This document shows positions 1 to 10,388 of a DNA stretch of 64,000 bases, piece after piece. The DNA lies in NCBI GenBank assembly GCA_963836185.1, contig CAWIIQ010000006.1:1-64000 (forward strand), given 5' to 3'. The stretch is from Candidatus Krumholzibacteriia bacterium (lineage in GTDB: Bacteria; Krumholzibacteriota; Krumholzibacteriia; Krumholzibacteriales; Krumholzibacteriaceae). The translations under genes were made by a program, and so were the position numbers. The notes under the pieces were generated by a model, which saw only the letters and a list, made by a program, of their open reading frames with translations, did not search any database and was not told the origin of the DNA. The first letter of the stretch is position 1; each line of letters opens with the position of its first letter.

Positions 1-1290
1 CTCCTGTCGCAGAAATACGGTGACCAGGCGATCTATCGAGGGGGGCTGACCGTATATACGACCCTCGATCCGCACCTCCAGAGAGTCGCCGAGGACAGCA
101 TGGAGACGTTTCTTGCCCGCCTCGAGACGGAGAAGGGATACGAGCTTACAAGGGCCGTATACCTCGATACACTGGAGGCGGGGTACGAGATATCCCCCGA
201 CTACATCCAGTCAGGAGCCGTTGCTATAGATCCGCACACGGGCCATATAAAGGTGATGGTCGGCGGACGCTCATTCATGGAAAAGAAGTTCAACAATGTC
301 CTGCAGGCAAGGCGCCAGCCCGGTTCGGCCTTCAAGACATTCATATATATAGCAGCGCTGGCAAACGGCTACAGTCCATCAGACGTGCTGCTCGACACCC
401 CTATCGTGATCGAGATGCCGAACGGTGAGGTCTACAAGCCACGGAATTTCAGCGAGAAGTTCCATGGCGCCGTATCGCTCAGGTACGCTCTCGACAAGTC
501 GATCAATATCCCGGCCGTAAAACTGCTTCAGAAACTAGGCGGGCCGGCCGTAATCGGAACTGCGCATGACCTTGGGATACGCAGCAGATTGATGCCTTAC
601 CTCTCTCTCGCTCTCGGTGCCCAGGAGGTCACACTCTTGGAGCTCACATCGGCCTTCGGCGTGATGGCCGCCGAGGGGATCAGGGCCGAGCCCATGGCGA
701 TCCTCAAGATCGTAGACAGGAACGGCAATGTCCTCGAGGAATTCAGGGAGGAGCGCGAGGAGGTCCTCACCCCACAGATCTCCTATATGGTCACCGACAT
801 GCTGAGGACCGTCATCGACGAAGGGACCGGCAGGACCGCGCGGTCCCTCGGCCTGAGGATCCCATGCGCCGGCAAGACGGGCACGAGCAACGATTTCGCG
901 GATGGGTGGTTCATCGGTTATTCCCCCGACCTGGCTGTCGGAGTCTGGACCGGGTTCAGCCATAAGGCAGTCCCCATGGGCAACGGCATGGTCGGCGCGA
1001 AGGTGGCTCTTCCTCTCTGGACGTGGATCATGAAGGCTGCCCACCCCGATAACAGGGGCCCTGATTTCGTAAGACCGGACGGGATAACCGAAGCGATGGT
1101 CTGCGTAGAATCGGGCCTCATGGCCACACCATACTGCAGGAGTGTCAGGCGGGAGATGTTCATCGAAGGGCTTGAGCCGAAGAGGCAGTGTGACCTGCAT
1201 AAGGTGTCGGCCTACGATCTGCTCGACAAGGACAAGGATTTCAGGGAGCTCGACAAGGAAGCTTCCGAGGAGAGGGAGATCCCAGACTGA
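1..1290 (+). CDS. mrcA: Penicillin-binding protein 1A family (transpeptidase half; 5' end outside the window)
   Basis: The frame is open from base 1 (YRGGLTVYTTLDPHLQ). It has RQPGSAFK (SxxK), SIN (SxN) and GKTGT motifs, plus a C-terminal Cys-containing PBP1A tail. Confidence 0.9.
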   Translation, partial: LLSQKYGDQAIYRGGLTVYTTLDPHLQRVAEDSMETFLARLETEKGYELTRAVYLDTLEAGYEISPDYIQSGAVAIDPHTGHIKVMVGGRSFMEKKFNNVLQARRQPGSAFKTFIYIAALANGYSPSDVLLDTPIVIEMPNGEVYKPRNFSEKFHGAVSLRYALDKSINIPAVKLLQKLGGPAVIGTAHDLGIRSRLMPYLSLALGAQEVTLLELTSAFGVMAAEGIRAEPMAILKIVDRNGNVLEEFREEREEVLTPQISYMVTDMLRTVIDEGTGRTARSLGLRIPCAGKTGTSNDFADGWFIGYSPDLAVGVWTGFSHKAVPMGNGMVGAKVALPLWTWIMKAAHPDNRGPDFVRPDGITEAMVCVESGLMATPYCRSVRREMFIEGLEPKRQCDLHKVSAYDLLDKDKDFRELDKEASEEREIPD

Positions 1291-1309
1291 CGGGCCCCTT
1301 CCGGTTCTG

Positions 1310-1963
1310 TCACGTCCCTTTGAGTTCCTCCATGATCTGAACGCCGGAACTGGTGCCTATCCTGTTCGCGCCAGCTTCGACGAGTTCCAGGGCGGCAGCG
1401 GCCGTCCTTATACCGGCTGATGCCTTCACACCGAAATCAGGCCCTACAGTCTCACGCATCAGCCTTATATCATGCGGATTCGCGCCGGGAGGCCCGAATC
1501 CTGTGGATGACTTGGCAAACTGCGCTCCCGACTCCATGACGGCCAGGCAGGCGGCCACTTTCTCCTCATCCGTGAGCAGGGCCGCTTCTATGATGACCTT
1601 CAGAAGAGCTTCGCCGCACCCCTTTTTAACCAGCGCGATATCGTGGCGCACAAGATCCCATTCACCAGCCTTGACTGCACCGACATTTATGACCATGTCG
1701 ATCTCGTCAGCTCCCCGCTCGACCGCGCGGCGTGCCTCAAAGGCCTTCACTTCCGAATCAACGGCTCCGAGGGGGAATCCCGCTATGGAGCAGACCTTTA
1801 CATCCGTGCCCGCGACCTCTTCCGCCACGAGAGGAACGAAGTGCGTATTAACGACTGCCGAGAAAAAATCATGCTCCCGGGCCTCCGCGCAGAGGCGCCT
1901 CACGTCATCATCGGTCGCATCAGGCTTGAGCACAGTGTGATCTATAAGTCGGTTCAGTTTCAT
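1310..1963 (-). CDS. deoC: Deoxyribose-phosphate aldolase
   Basis: Motifs IDHTVLKP, GFPLG, GADEIDMVIN, KSSTGF, GVKASAGIR and GANRIGTS. Confidence 0.95.
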   Translation of the reverse strand: MKLNRLIDHTVLKPDATDDDVRRLCAEAREHDFFSAVVNTHFVPLVAEEVAGTDVKVCSIAGFPLGAVDSEVKAFEARRAVERGADEIDMVINVGAVKAGEWDLVRHDIALVKKGCGEALLKVIIEAALLTDEEKVAACLAVMESGAQFAKSSTGFGPPGANPHDIRLMRETVGPDFGVKASAGIRTAAAALELVEAGANRIGTSSGVQIMEELKGT

Positions 1964-1977
1964 GGCGATTCTCCGGT

Positions 1978-3144
1978 TTACAGGCCTTCGTGGACTCCGA
2001 GAAGTGATTTGAGGCTCTCAACACGGCCGCTCTTCATGTAGATACGCACGACCCTCTTGCTGATCCTGCACAGGACTTCGTAGTTGAGGCTTCCGTCCCA
2101 GCCGGCAACATCGTCCACGCTGAGGTCCTCTGCCTCCTGGCTTCCGAATATGACTACCTCTTCCCCCGAGACCGGATCGTCGAATCCGGACAGGTCTATC
2201 ATCGTCATATCCATCGTCACCCTTCCGATGATCGGCACCCTCGCCCCCCTGAACAGGACCTTGCCTCTATTGGAAAGACGGTGGCTCATTCCATGCCCGT
2301 AGCCGGCCGCGATCACGCCGACTGTCATGTCGGAGGGCGCGATGTATGTCCTGCCGTAACTCACACTGGAGCCGGCGGGAGTCTCCCTCACGAGGAGGAT
2401 CCTCGACTTGAAACTCATGACCGGCCTCACATCGACCCTGTCCTGAAGAGTCAGAGACGGCGCATGGCCGTATACGAGCAGTCCGGGCCTGATCATGTTG
2501 AAGTGTGACGCCGGGAAATTTACTATGGCGGCGCTGTTAGCCGTGTGAACATATTCGAACGTTATGCCGGCATCCGACAGATCGTCTAGTATCCCTGTGA
2601 AAGAACCTATCTGCTCGCCGGTAAAATCGGAGTCGAGGTCAGACGCGGGGAAATGCGTGAATACACCCTCGAGATCGAGACCTTCCAGCGAGGACATCAT
2701 TATGATCTCCTCGACAGCCGAGGCAAGAGTAAGGCCCGCGCGTCCCATTCCTGTATCGATTTCGACATGCATCCTGCAGATCGTCCCTCGCCTGACTGCT
2801 TCAGCTGAAGCTGCCATGGCGAATTCGAATGAGGAGGCCGATACAGCGAGATCGTTCTCGAGGACCTCGTCGAGTTCCTCACGCAGTACGGGGCTCAGGA
2901 TAAGTATGGGCAGATCCAGGCCCGCGCTCCGCAGTTCCTTCCCCTCGTCGAGGGTCGCTACTCCGAGCATGTCGACCCCGCATTCAGCCGCCTGCTGCGA
3001 GATCCTTACCGCTCCGTGCCCGTACGCATCGGCCTTGACGACAAGGAGGATGCGAACACCTGCCGGCACGAGATCACGGACACGCCCGATATTCCATGAG
3101 AACGCGTCGAGATCGACTTCAACCCAGGAAGGGAACCTGTCCAT
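1978..3144 (-). CDS. alr: Alanine racemase
   Basis: PLP motif VVKADAYGHG, plus HVEIDTGMGR, VSYG and IGRVTMD. Start taken at ATG 3144. Confidence 0.95.
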   Translation of the reverse strand: MDRFPSWVEVDLDAFSWNIGRVRDLVPAGVRILLVVKADAYGHGAVRISQQAAECGVDMLGVATLDEGKELRSAGLDLPILILSPVLREELDEVLENDLAVSASSFEFAMAASAEAVRRGTICRMHVEIDTGMGRAGLTLASAVEEIIMMSSLEGLDLEGVFTHFPASDLDSDFTGEQIGSFTGILDDLSDAGITFEYVHTANSAAIVNFPASHFNMIRPGLLVYGHAPSLTLQDRVDVRPVMSFKSRILLVRETPAGSSVSYGRTYIAPSDMTVGVIAAGYGHGMSHRLSNRGKVLFRGARVPIIGRVTMDMTMIDLSGFDDPVSGEEVVIFGSQEAEDLSVDDVAGWDGSLNYEVLCRISKRVVRIYMKSGRVESLKSLLGVHEGL

Positions 3145-3148
3145 CCGG

Positions 3149-4108
3149 TCATCCCTCCCCTTCATTCGATCCGCTGTCTGGATATCCCTTGAAGATGAAC
3201 CTGTCGAGAAGCTTGACGTATTCGGTCCATCCGCCTTCTCCCCCGTTCTTCTCTATCATCGTCAGTGCACCGCGGACCTGGGCATCGAGATTGTCGAGGT
3301 AATGCAGCAGCATCGCTTCCACTGTCATCGGTACTACCGGCGAACCATGTTCGAGATTGCCGTGATGGCTGAGGATCATGTGCTTTAATCTCATCCCGAG
3401 CTCAGCAGGGAAGTCCGGGATCTCCCTGATAGCGCATTCGAGCATCTCCGAGCCGAGGGTTATGTGGCCGAGCAGCCTGCCCCTGTCGGAGTAATTGATG
3501 TGATTTGTGACCGCAAGCTCTTCCATCTTTCCGATGTCGTGAAGAAGAACGCCGGCGATAAGGATATCCCTGTCTATATCGGGATATACCTCTGCTGCCC
3601 GGTCCGCGAGCCGTGCCATGTCGAGGACATGCTCGGCCAGTCCGCCTACCCAGGCATGATGCCAGCCCTTGGCTGCAGGCGCCCGGAGGAAATCGTCACG
3701 GAATCCTTCCCCGCCGAAGATACTCTCGAGAAGCTCTCTGAGATCGGTGTTCCTGATGGAAGCGATGAGTTCCAATACCGACTCGAAGATCTCTGCGGCA
3801 TCCCTCGCGGTAGTCGGGAGAAAGATAGACGGATCGTATTCACCCTCTTCCAGTTTCTCCATCCAGGCGACCTTGAGCTGAAGTCCGCCCTGGTAATCCG
3901 TGATCTCTCCGCCTACCTTGACGACATCGTTTATTCCGATAGAAGTCTCGGCCTCTTTCGTGGGCTCCCACCAGACACCCTTCAGGACTCCGTCCCGGTC
4001 GCTGAATTGAAAAAGGAGGAACTTCCCGCCGGAGAAATCCCTCCTGATCTTCTTCGATATGACCATCACCCGCTCTACCCGGTCCCCCACCGTCATCTTG
4101 CCCGTCAT
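3149..4108 (-). CDS. OB-fold + HD-domain 3'-5' exoribonuclease (YhaM/Cbf1 family)
   Basis: N-terminal OB fold, then APAAKGWHHAWVGGLAEH, LLHDIGK, ILSHHG and LHYLDNLDA. Confidence 0.88.
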   Translation of the reverse strand: MTGKMTVGDRVERVMVISKKIRRDFSGGKFLLFQFSDRDGVLKGVWWEPTKEAETSIGINDVVKVGGEITDYQGGLQLKVAWMEKLEEGEYDPSIFLPTTARDAAEIFESVLELIASIRNTDLRELLESIFGGEGFRDDFLRAPAAKGWHHAWVGGLAEHVLDMARLADRAAEVYPDIDRDILIAGVLLHDIGKMEELAVTNHINYSDRGRLLGHITLGSEMLECAIREIPDFPAELGMRLKHMILSHHGNLEHGSPVVPMTVEAMLLHYLDNLDAQVRGALTMIEKNGGEGGWTEYVKLLDRFIFKGYPDSGSNEGEG

Positions 4109-4215
4109 CTGTCCTCCTGAAATTGATGCCCTGACCCTGCGGACATTCTAACCTAATCCACACGGGGCTGGAGGGTCAAGCGGAAAGGCCGACAGCCCCC
4201 TGCCGGCCCATGTTT

Positions 4216-4247
4216 AAAAAAAGCGGCCCCGGAATGACCGGGGCCGC
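4216..4247 (-). terminator. Intrinsic terminator after the lipoprotein gene
   Basis: 10-bp stem GCGGCCCCGG/CCGGGGCCGC (4223-4247) followed by T7 on the minus strand. Confidence 0.8.
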
Positions 4248-4274
4248 ATACATTCGTCATGCTGTAGATCGGTC

Positions 4275-5063
4275 TTACTGGGTAGTAACGACAGGGATGA
4301 CGCTTCCGCCGTAACGCACATACTCGAGATCGACCGGACCGGCGATCTTGCTGCTGGTACGGTAGTTTCTCGTGCTCGTAGCCGGCCTGTCGCCGTAGCT
4401 GACCCCACCGTCGAAGTAAAGGTTCTCGGCCATGAAGGCCTTGAGTACGAGCTCCAGCTCGGGAGCGACTTCATTGATGAAGAACCTGACATTGGGGAAG
4501 TTAAGAACGTACGCCATCTCGGGGGTTCCGCTCCAGGAGACCTCTTCGAAGGTGACGACAGCCTTTTCTACCTTGAACTTCGTGTTGAATATATCCTTCA
4601 GCTTGCTTGTCTGAGGGCTGAGAGTACTGATATCGATATTCTCGAACTCACCCTCGTCGAAACCCTTGATCATCGGCGGGAAGCTCACAGAATAAGGCTC
4701 GCCGACTTCGATCGTATCGCCGCCGACTACAAAGAAGTCTACGGTGAAATGAGTTATAGGAGAGAACATCTTCCTGGCGCCCACGACGAACTTCCTGCCC
4801 TCGACCTGCTTGAGCTTGTTCTCAATATCCATCCCGGTGAAGAACTCGATGAGATTGCCTTCTCTCACCAAGGCGAGATCGCCGTCCGCGGCGATGAAAT
4901 CCGGGGTGTCGAAGCCGAATTTGAATCCGACGCTGGTGATCTGCGCATGGCCGGCTTCCCTGACGGTGACCATCTGATAGGTCTCATCAAGTTTGCCGCC
5001 GCAGCCCGCTATAAGACCAGCAACCAGTACGGTCGCGAGAACAGTCGAGATGAGCTTCGACAT
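4275..5063 (-). CDS. Hypothetical lipoprotein
   Basis: Signal peptide with lipobox IAGC, AGGAG RBS, coding-like codon use and its own terminator. Family not recognised. Confidence 0.75.
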   Translation of the reverse strand: MSKLISTVLATVLVAGLIAGCGGKLDETYQMVTVREAGHAQITSVGFKFGFDTPDFIAADGDLALVREGNLIEFFTGMDIENKLKQVEGRKFVVGARKMFSPITHFTVDFFVVGGDTIEVGEPYSVSFPPMIKGFDEGEFENIDISTLSPQTSKLKDIFNTKFKVEKAVVTFEEVSWSGTPEMAYVLNFPNVRFFINEVAPELELVLKAFMAENLYFDGGVSYGDRPATSTRNYRTSSKIAGPVDLEYVRYGGSVIPVVTTQ

Positions 5064-5248
5064 GGATACGCTCCTTTGTAGGAAGTTAACTAATTCTACC
5101 CTCTTGCGTTAAGCAGGAAGTATCTCACCTTACTGTGGACAAATCGTAACGTTGAAAAATTAATACTCTGTCTACTGCATGTCAACCATATTTTGAATTA
5201 CAGATAAATCAGCGGGTTATGGCGATTCACTTCCCATTTCACTGCCAC

Positions 5249-6223
5249 TCAGTGTATACCCGCCTCCTTATCAGTGATAGGAATGTCGTAGGCCTTGAAA
5301 AGTTCACGTATATCGGGGTGAATCTCGATATCGTCGGGAAGCGGAATCAGCCTCATCCTGCCGTACTCCATTCTGCCGGCCGGCGAGAGTTCCATATCGA
5401 CGCGTCCGAGATACTGTCCCAGCCCTCCAGTACCGAGCAGGAGGGTCTTGCCGACCTTATCGGCATTCTTCATCATCGGCCTGCCGTGACCAGTCACGAC
5501 GATGTCGAAATCCTTCACTCTGCTCAGAAGGTCCTTCGTCCTTTCCACTCCCATGTGACTGAGCAGCACGAGAAAGTCAGCGTCCTTTTTCATAAGGGGG
5601 ATGATCTTCTTCAGAGTCCGTTCAGCGGACTTTATCTCGAATGTCGATCTGTCGATGTATGCGGGGAACTTTATCGTCTCGTCCAGGACTCCGGTCACCG
5701 CTATACGAAGACCGCTTTTCAGCGTGATAACGGTATACTGTTTCCCGAAAACGGGCGCACCGGCAGATGGTTCGACGATGTTCGCGGCGACCATCTCAAA
5801 CTCAGCGTTTTCAGCTACCGTCTGGAGAAATGGAAGGCCGAATATGAACTCCATCTCCCCTGGCGTAAATACATCGACACCTATAAGACTGAAGCTGTCC
5901 ATCGTCAACTCGGCTGCCTCCTTCGTGAATGACAGGTCGAGACTGAAGGCGTCCCCCGCATCAAGGACCAGGACTTCCCGGGGTCCTTCGCGGACGCTCT
6001 GCGTATATGTAGCGCGCCTGCCGAGACCGCCTGAATCTTCCACGGTGCATCCACAGGAACGTATCTTCCCCAGCATATCGCTGGAGAACAGAATGGTGAC
6101 AGAGGCTGATTCGACCGGGACGGAATCACTTTCTCCCCCTCCACATCCGTGCACCATGCCAGCAGCGGTGATAAACGCGGGCAATATCATCTTCAGTACC
6201 CCACGAGCTCCTGGTAGTCCCAT
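5249..6223 (-). CDS. UshA-like / 5'-nucleotidase-like metallophosphoesterase-fold lipoprotein (CxC variant)
   Basis: Motifs SCGCxxxxxGGLGRR, LDAGD, AANI, LSHMG and GHG. The nucleotidase C-terminal domain is absent. Confidence 0.7.
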   Translation of the reverse strand: MGLPGARGVLKMILPAFITAAGMVHGCGGGESDSVPVESASVTILFSSDMLGKIRSCGCTVEDSGGLGRRATYTQSVREGPREVLVLDAGDAFSLDLSFTKEAAELTMDSFSLIGVDVFTPGEMEFIFGLPFLQTVAENAEFEMVAANIVEPSAGAPVFGKQYTVITLKSGLRIAVTGVLDETIKFPAYIDRSTFEIKSAERTLKKIIPLMKKDADFLVLLSHMGVERTKDLLSRVKDFDIVVTGHGRPMMKNADKVGKTLLLGTGGLGQYLGRVDMELSPAGRMEYGRMRLIPLPDDIEIHPDIRELFKAYDIPITDKEAGIH

Positions 6224-6398
6224 ATAAGTATCCTCTCCCGTCCTGTAAAGCCTGTTCGACGAATCCGGTCAAAATGAATCGTATCACAGGACCGGTGTCG
6301 ATTTCCAGCGTTTGCGCTTTTCAATATTCGAACTATATGCTTATTTATATACTGATGGACCGGATTTCCGGGTCCATGCCCGGATTGAAAGGAGAAAG

Positions 6399-7490
6399 AT
6401 GTTCTTCGGTACGGCGAGAGACCCGCGGATCCCGGCAGCGCTCATTATGGCGGCTGCCTTTGTCATGATAGCCGGATGCGGAGGCGCTCCACCAGAAGAG
6501 CCTCCGGCAGCGGTCGAACCTGAGCCTTCGGAAACACCCCAGCCTGTACTTATGGATGCAGAGGTGGCGGCAAAGGCAGGCGATTATGACACTGCGATCT
6601 CGATCATCCGTGAGATACTCTCCGGGAATACCGACGACATCGAAGCTCTCAGGCTGCTTGCCCGCGTTCAGGCGGCAAACGGGGACAGGTCCGGCTCCGC
6701 CGAGACATGGGGGAAGGTAGCGTATCTCGATCCATACGATCCGGACGCCGCCTACGAGATCGGCACGATGATGGTAAAAAAGGAAGAGTGGGAAGAACTG
6801 AGAACACGGATGGTCTCTCTGGACGCTGCTGGAAAGGCAGACGCCCGTCATTACCTGCTGGCGGGACAAGCCGACCTTGAGCTGGGCTACAGGACCGAGG
6901 CGGAAAAATTCCTTCTCAGGGCCGGTGACCTCGAGCTCGCGCAATCGTTGCTGGGAGGACTCTACTATGACCGGGGCGACCTCGACAGCGCCGAAGCCGC
7001 ATTCCTGAAAGCGCTGGCCATGAACAGTTCGAACTACACAGCCAACCTCCACATGGGATATATAAAATACTATGGGAAGAAATACCGAGGTGCGATCAGT
7101 TACTACACGGCCGCGCACAAGGCCGCGCCGTCAGACCCGCTGGCCTGCCTCAGCCTGGCCGCGGCCTATGAAAAATCCGGCGATCGTGCATCGGCGATCG
7201 TATACTATCGAAAAGGACTGAGCCTCAAGGGAATCGATCCATCCGAGAGAAAGAAGGTCTATACGACGACTTCAAGGCTTCTCCTCGAGACGGGACAGCT
7301 CGACGAAGTCGGAAGGTTCGTATCCACCGGTATCGGAGAGTTCTCTACTGCCGGGGGGCTCTATTTCTACTGGGGAGAAGCGCTTCTCAAGCAGGGGCGC
7401 AAGACGGAAGCGAAAGAAAAATTCAAGAAAGCCGCGGAAGATCCCCAGTGGAAGGATTCCGCTCTTAAGAGATTTCACTCAATAAGATGA
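6399..7490 (+). CDS. Tetratricopeptide-repeat lipoprotein
   Basis: Lipobox IAGC, Pro/Glu linker, multiple TPR-like helices, AAGGAG RBS before ATG 6399. Confidence 0.8.
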   Translation: MFFGTARDPRIPAALIMAAAFVMIAGCGGAPPEEPPAAVEPEPSETPQPVLMDAEVAAKAGDYDTAISIIREILSGNTDDIEALRLLARVQAANGDRSGSAETWGKVAYLDPYDPDAAYEIGTMMVKKEEWEELRTRMVSLDAAGKADARHYLLAGQADLELGYRTEAEKFLLRAGDLELAQSLLGGLYYDRGDLDSAEAAFLKALAMNSSNYTANLHMGYIKYYGKKYRGAISYYTAAHKAAPSDPLACLSLAAAYEKSGDRASAIVYYRKGLSLKGIDPSERKKVYTTTSRLLLETGQLDEVGRFVSTGIGEFSTAGGLYFYWGEALLKQGRKTEAKEKFKKAAEDPQWKDSALKRFHSIR

Positions 7491-7498
7491 GGTGACCG

Positions 7499-8878
7499 AT
7501 GGAGTGGAAAAACAGCAGCCCCGCCCGATCGATACTGACCGAGCGATGGATGACCGCTGCCATTGTCGCCATAACGCTCCTTTTTCTGGCAATCAACTGG
7601 TACTACTATAACAAGACCCGGTCCGCCCTCGATGCGGAGTTCAGCATCAGGCTAAGGGCCATCGCTTCCCTTGCCGCCACAGTGGTAGATCCGGACATCG
7701 TGGATACTCTCACTCCTGAGCTTGCCGGTTTCAGTGCGGACGACTCGGCTGTAGAGGGCCTCGATGCCCTCGCTCTCGAATACGACCTGGCGAGTATCCA
7801 GGTACTGCGCGAGGACGGCATCGTACTTCTGACGACAAGACCCGACCTCTTCCCCCAGGGAGAGCTCTATCCTCTCTGGAACATGGATCACGAGGAGATC
7901 CTCAGGGCCCTTGGCGGAACTCCCTCCTCCACCGGGCTCTACCAGTCACCAGACGGTGGATATATCAAGGCCGGTTACGCTCCCGTCGCTTCTCCGCAGG
8001 AGATGACCTCGATCGTCGTGGCCACTGAGGCAGACGCCGACTTCCTCCAGGGAATGAGCGGACTCCGCGCCCTGCTGATAGTCGCAACGACCATTTCGCT
8101 GGCGGGGCTCGCTATCTTCCTGTGGCTGGTCTCCAAGGCGACAGGATCGCTTATCAGGACAAGAGAATCCCTTATGCATGCCGAGACACTCGCGTCTATG
8201 GGAAGGATGGCGGCCGGCATCGCTCACGAGGTACGCAATCCTCTCTTCATAATACGCAGCAGCGCCGAGAACCTGAAAAAGGATCATCCCGGTGACGCGG
8301 AGCAGATAGATGAATTCATAATCGACGAAGTGGACAGGTTGAACGGGATCCTGACTGACTATCTGCTCTTCGCCAAAAACGAAACGACAAGCATCATGGA
8401 GACCGACCTGGTACGGCTGCTCGACCGGAGCGTAAGGCTGATAAGCGATCCGGAGCACGCAGGAAAGATCGCCATCGAGACAAGGTTCAAGGTCGACAAG
8501 GCGCCCTTCGAGGGGGAAGAAAAGAAACTGCAGCAGGTATTTCTCAACCTCCTGCTCAACGCCATACAAGCGATGGAGGGAGCTGGAATCCTCGTAGTCT
8601 CGCTCATGAGATCCAGATCGAATTACCTGCTCGAGTTCGCCGACTCAGGCCCCGGTATTCCAACGAAAGACCTCGAGAAGATATTCGAACCGTTTTACAC
8701 GACCAGGCCGTCAGGCAGCGGCCTCGGCCTGGCCATCGCCAGGAAAGTCGTTGAGAGCCACGGCGGATCGATCACTATCACCTCGGACGAATTCAAGGGC
8801 ACGATCGTCACAGTCAGGCTGCCTGTCGGCAGTGCGGAATCAGGAGAAAACGATGAGCAGAGTTCTGATAATAGATGA
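7499..8878 (+). CDS. Membrane sensor histidine kinase
   Basis: Two TM helices, H-box IAHEVRNPL, N-box NLLLNA, G1 DSGPG, F-box FEPFYTT, G2 GSGLGL. Confidence 0.93.
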   Translation: MEWKNSSPARSILTERWMTAAIVAITLLFLAINWYYYNKTRSALDAEFSIRLRAIASLAATVVDPDIVDTLTPELAGFSADDSAVEGLDALALEYDLASIQVLREDGIVLLTTRPDLFPQGELYPLWNMDHEEILRALGGTPSSTGLYQSPDGGYIKAGYAPVASPQEMTSIVVATEADADFLQGMSGLRALLIVATTISLAGLAIFLWLVSKATGSLIRTRESLMHAETLASMGRMAAGIAHEVRNPLFIIRSSAENLKKDHPGDAEQIDEFIIDEVDRLNGILTDYLLFAKNETTSIMETDLVRLLDRSVRLISDPEHAGKIAIETRFKVDKAPFEGEEKKLQQVFLNLLLNAIQAMEGAGILVVSLMRSRSNYLLEFADSGPGIPTKDLEKIFEPFYTTRPSGSGLGLAIARKVVESHGGSITITSDEFKGTIVTVRLPVGSAESGENDEQSSDNR

Positions 8879-10199
8879 CGAACAGAAGATCACACGTATC
8901 CTGAAGAACGCCATCGCGTCTGAAGGATACGATGTCGAGACCTGCACGGGTGCCGAGGAAGCCCTCCCCCTTATCGAGAAGGGAAACATCGATATCATCC
9001 TCTGTGATCTTCGGCTGGGCGGGATGGACGGCCTCGAACTGCTTCGCAGGTCGGGGGAGATCTCACCAGGCACTGATTTCGTGATGATGACGGCATACGC
9101 AAGCGCTAGAACGGCGGTCGAAGCGATGCGCCTCGGGGCGTATGAGTACCTCATCAAACCGTTTCAGATCGACGAAGTGACCCTGCTGCTCAGAAGGATA
9201 TCTGAACGACGTGAACTGATGATCGAGAACCTCGCGTTGAAGGAGAAGATCTCTTCGAAAGGCGACGGCAGGATACTCGGGGATTCCGCGGGTATCAGAT
9301 CCGTCCTCGAGCTGATCGGCAAGGTGGCTCCTACCTCGACGCCTGTCCTGATCACTGGCGAGAGCGGGACCGGCAAGGAGCTCGTCGCCGCCGAGATCCA
9401 CTCGATGAGTGCGAGATCGCAAAAACCGTTCATCATCATCAACTGCGCGGCTGTTCCTGATAACCTTCTCGAAGCCGAACTTTTCGGTCACGAGAAGGGA
9501 GCCTTTACAGGAGCGGTCCAGAAGAAACCGGGGCAGTTCAGGCTGGCCGACAGCGGCTCACTCTTTCTCGATGAGATCGGTGAACTCCCCCTCGCTCTTC
9601 AGGCCAAACTCCTGAGGGCGATAGAGAACGGTGAGTTTATTCCACTGGGCGGCACCAGACCCGTCAAAGTCGATGTGAGAATAATCGCAGCGACCAATCG
9701 TGACCTCGAGGCTCTCGCGGGCACAGGTGGTTTCAGACAGGACCTTTTCTACAGGCTGAACGTATTCCCGATCCAGATATCTCCTCTTCGCAGCAGGAAG
9801 GAAGACATCCTGCCGATAGCGAGGGCCTTCCTCACCAGCAAGGCATCATCCAATGAGATCTCCAGTGAAATCATCGAAGCGCTTGAGGGATACTCCTGGC
9901 CGGGCAACGTCAGGGAGCTGCGCAACGTGCTCGAGCGAGCCGTGATACTCTCCGGAGGAACCTCTGTCGAGCGGGAGCATATTCTGATTCCCGGAGAAGG
10001 ACCGGAAAATGCGGGAGACGGGCTCGCGGCACTGATAGGAACAAAGACCCTGGGAGAGATCGAGCAATCACTTATCGAGATAGCACTGGAAAAAGCGGGC
10101 AGCAACAAGAGCAAGGCTGCCGGTCTGCTCGGGATAACGAGAAGGACACTTTACAGCAGGATGGAGAAATACGGGATCGGAAAGGGTGAAGAAGAATGA
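8853..10199 (+). CDS. Sigma54-dependent response regulator (NtrC/ZraR family)
   Basis: REC domain (IIDDE, CDLRL, KPF), Walker A GESGTGKE, GAFTGA, LFLDEIG and C-terminal Fis HTH. Confidence 0.95.
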   Translation: MSRVLIIDDEQKITRILKNAIASEGYDVETCTGAEEALPLIEKGNIDIILCDLRLGGMDGLELLRRSGEISPGTDFVMMTAYASARTAVEAMRLGAYEYLIKPFQIDEVTLLLRRISERRELMIENLALKEKISSKGDGRILGDSAGIRSVLELIGKVAPTSTPVLITGESGTGKELVAAEIHSMSARSQKPFIIINCAAVPDNLLEAELFGHEKGAFTGAVQKKPGQFRLADSGSLFLDEIGELPLALQAKLLRAIENGEFIPLGGTRPVKVDVRIIAATNRDLEALAGTGGFRQDLFYRLNVFPIQISPLRSRKEDILPIARAFLTSKASSNEISSEIIEALEGYSWPGNVRELRNVLERAVILSGGTSVEREHILIPGEGPENAGDGLAALIGTKTLGEIEQSLIEIALEKAGSNKSKAAGLLGITRRTLYSRMEKYGIGKGEEE

Positions 10200-10330
10200 G
10201 AACTGTGCCACCCGCCTGTACTCACAGGTTCACTGATATTGTCCCTGCAGGTACAGTCAGGAAGGTAACGACAGATGACGATAAGATATAATGCGTTGTA
10301 ATACATGACCTTATTGCATCGATTGGCTCG

Positions 10331-10346
10331 TGGCATGCATGTTGCG
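10331..10346 (+). promoter_or_regulatory. Sigma54 (-24/-12) promoter
   Basis: TGGCATGCATGTTGCG gives GG-N10-GC, 43 bp upstream of ATG 10389 and directly downstream of a bEBP gene. An AT-rich IHF-like tract lies at ~10281-10313. Confidence 0.8.
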
Positions 10347-10388
10347 TAAATATACTCCGGTATCAGGGATTGAAAGGAGTCCTGCCGG

